A stretch of DNA of 47,642 nt from Rotaria socialis (lineage: Eukaryota): assembly GCA_905331295.1 (NCBI GenBank), contig CAJNYD010000184.1:1-47642 (forward strand), read 5' to 3'. Both the position numbers and the translations under genes were made by a program. The notes below the pieces were generated by a model. It did not search any database. It was given only the letters and a program-made list of their open reading frames with translations, and was not told the origin of the DNA. Shown here one piece after another: positions 45,498-47,642 of this stretch; position 1 is the first letter of the stretch, and the number at the start of each line of letters is the position of its first letter.

Positions 45498-47642
45498 ATA
45501 TTTTTTTAGTGAACCAAAATATTTAATGAATCTTTGAGATAGTAATTGTTTATTAAAACATCAAAATAATTGTATTCTATAGAAAGATTTAGAATTACTG
45601 ACGAATTAATGCATTTCTCTACATTAGATATTTAATAAATTAGCCTCGACTTATTTACAACTGTTAAATACAAAGTATGTTTTATTTAACAAACAGTTGT
45701 AGATAATTTTAGATTGTATTCAATACAATTTTTGTTTTTATCTCAATATTTTCATCTTCAATGTAAACTGAAATCAATTGAGATTTCTATTGAAATTTGT
45801 CCTTAATCTCGATTATCGAAAGTCAAAATCTGTTCAATTCGAAAATAAATCATCCGAGCTGATTTCTTTGCTGATTATATCCTCCTATAAAATTAAAATA
45901 TCTGAACTCGTACAAAAGAACAACAACATACTGGAAGAAAACTATTGCGAAAACAACCGCAATTTTGTTTATTAGTAAAATATGTACTATGAATCATTTA
46001 ACGTCTACAATTTAGACGAGCTTCGATAACATATTATTTCTGTATTTATTTCATAGATTGTTGTATTCGAAAATATTTACCTATCAACTGTAAACATTCA
46101 TTTGTAGTACAAATAAATAAAATACACTTGTCTTCACTATAGAAAATAATCTCACCATCTTTGTTTGAAATATCTATAGCAAGTGTACTCAATTTGCTTT
46201 TTGATTCATAATACAAATGTCAAATAGATTATGAAAGCTTAACAGGCGATGAATACTCATCCAGGAAAAAAAAAGAAAAAAAACTGATTAGTTATCTATT
46301 TTGCATTCAAATGAAAATTTTATTTTGTCCTTGTCTAAAATCAAGATAATATTTTTTTAAGTAAACAGAAAGATCTAAAGAAAATATTTTCAACCGCTTG
46401 AAAAGGCGTCGTATCAGTAAGCTTTTCTGTTGTTGATGTCATGCACGATTGAGTTTCGTACTGTTTTGACTAATGTGAACTACATATGTATAGAATAGAA
46501 TAAATAATTATTTTTGCTATATACTAGGAAAAAAAATATCACGTGTTCGCGAAATCAGATCATTTTTTCTTTCTTAGTCATATGATTTAATAGAACTCAG
46601 TGAGAGAAACTTATGATTCGGTTTTCTCTTGTTAGAATCGATTTCGTTCATATACTGTAGTAGAGAGAACATGCATAATGACATTAGTACACTTGTCACA
46701 TATCCAGGCAAGAATGATGTTTGCTATTTCTATAGCTACCTGTCGCATACCAAATTTGACGCTTCAATCATCATCAAGAAAAAGCAAGCTTTTTTAAAAA
46801 ATAAAAATTGTGGCCTGATGATTGATATCGAATTGTGCATTTTTTACAATCAACATAATAGTATTGATGAGTCTCTCTTCTAATGAGAGAGACCTTAAAA
46901 TATGATTACTCTGTCATAGCTTGTTTTTCATGTCGTGCACATCAATGTTGTATAAGTAAATAAATAAATAAAATCTGTCTAAATGAATTAAATTATCACA
47001 GTCAAGGAATTTCTTCTGTCAAAAAGCTAACCTCGAAAGGCAAATAAATCATTAAAATCGAATATACATATTTCATATGCACAATAAAAATAATTTATGA
47101 TTTTATCTCAGCTGAGAAGAAAAGAGCTTGCTCGTATACAAGGCCACTATTATCAAAGTAGGTATGAGTGTGAAGTTGTGTATTTGAACTATGAAAATCG
47201 AACTCTAGCTCATGTTCAAATAACTATCGTTGTTCATCATAGTAACTTGTTCAACACACACTGATGATAACGAAGATGTGGTGTTTATTCTATTTTAAAA
47301 TCTGTTGATTTAGTTCTATTCAAGCCATAGTTCAGATTCATTATTCTTTTTCATATTCTTTTTGTTAACGCCTATGAAGCCAAAGCATATATTAGTTTAG
47401 AGTTTTGCCATATCTTTTTGCAGACAATGTAGATCATTCACGTATGCATCGCTGATATTGTATTTTTCATTCTTATTCTTGCATTTTATTTGTCATCGAA
47501 ATATAAAATGAAACTGTCATAAGGTGCCGCTAAAGCAGAATTAGAGTAAATTTTGTTTCTCGTTTATTTATATATGGTTTGATAGAGCTTGAAAAGTTGA
47601 TCAAGAATATGTACTTTTTATTTCGATTTCATCTTTTTTTGG

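Noticed and set aside
47255..47285. CACACA-CTGATGA-TAAC-GAAGA-TGTG hammerhead-like core
   Set aside because: No stem II or stem III, and GAAA is absent.

Overview
AT-rich eukaryotic (animal) DNA with many 50-65 nt GT-AG introns. The mix of intron-rich metazoan genes, intronless genes of apparently non-metazoan origin, F-box-like relics and TGTGGG-type repeats suggests a bdelloid rotifer (inference, not proven). Six convincing genes: a 2-exon ubiquitin-domain fusion protein (-), an intronless BAHD/HXXXD acyltransferase (+), a 13-exon heme catalase (+), a 9-exon divergent bHLH-PAS factor (+), a scribble-type LRR+4xPDZ gene (-) with an apparent alternative terminal exon splitting PDZ4, and an intronless 1110-aa ROK-kinase/class-I mannose-6-phosphate-isomerase fusion (+) of bacterial type whose catalytic motifs appear substituted in both domains. 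Intergenic and intronic DNA holds TA-flanked CCC...GGG MITEs, two hAT-type non-autonomous elements with 8-bp TSDs, a Helentron/DINE-1-like element, a Helitron-like end with heat-shock-element arrays, short hairpin elements with telomere-like GGGTGT arms, a minimal hammerhead-ribozyme motif and decayed pseudogenes. All calls are by eye; no searches were run.
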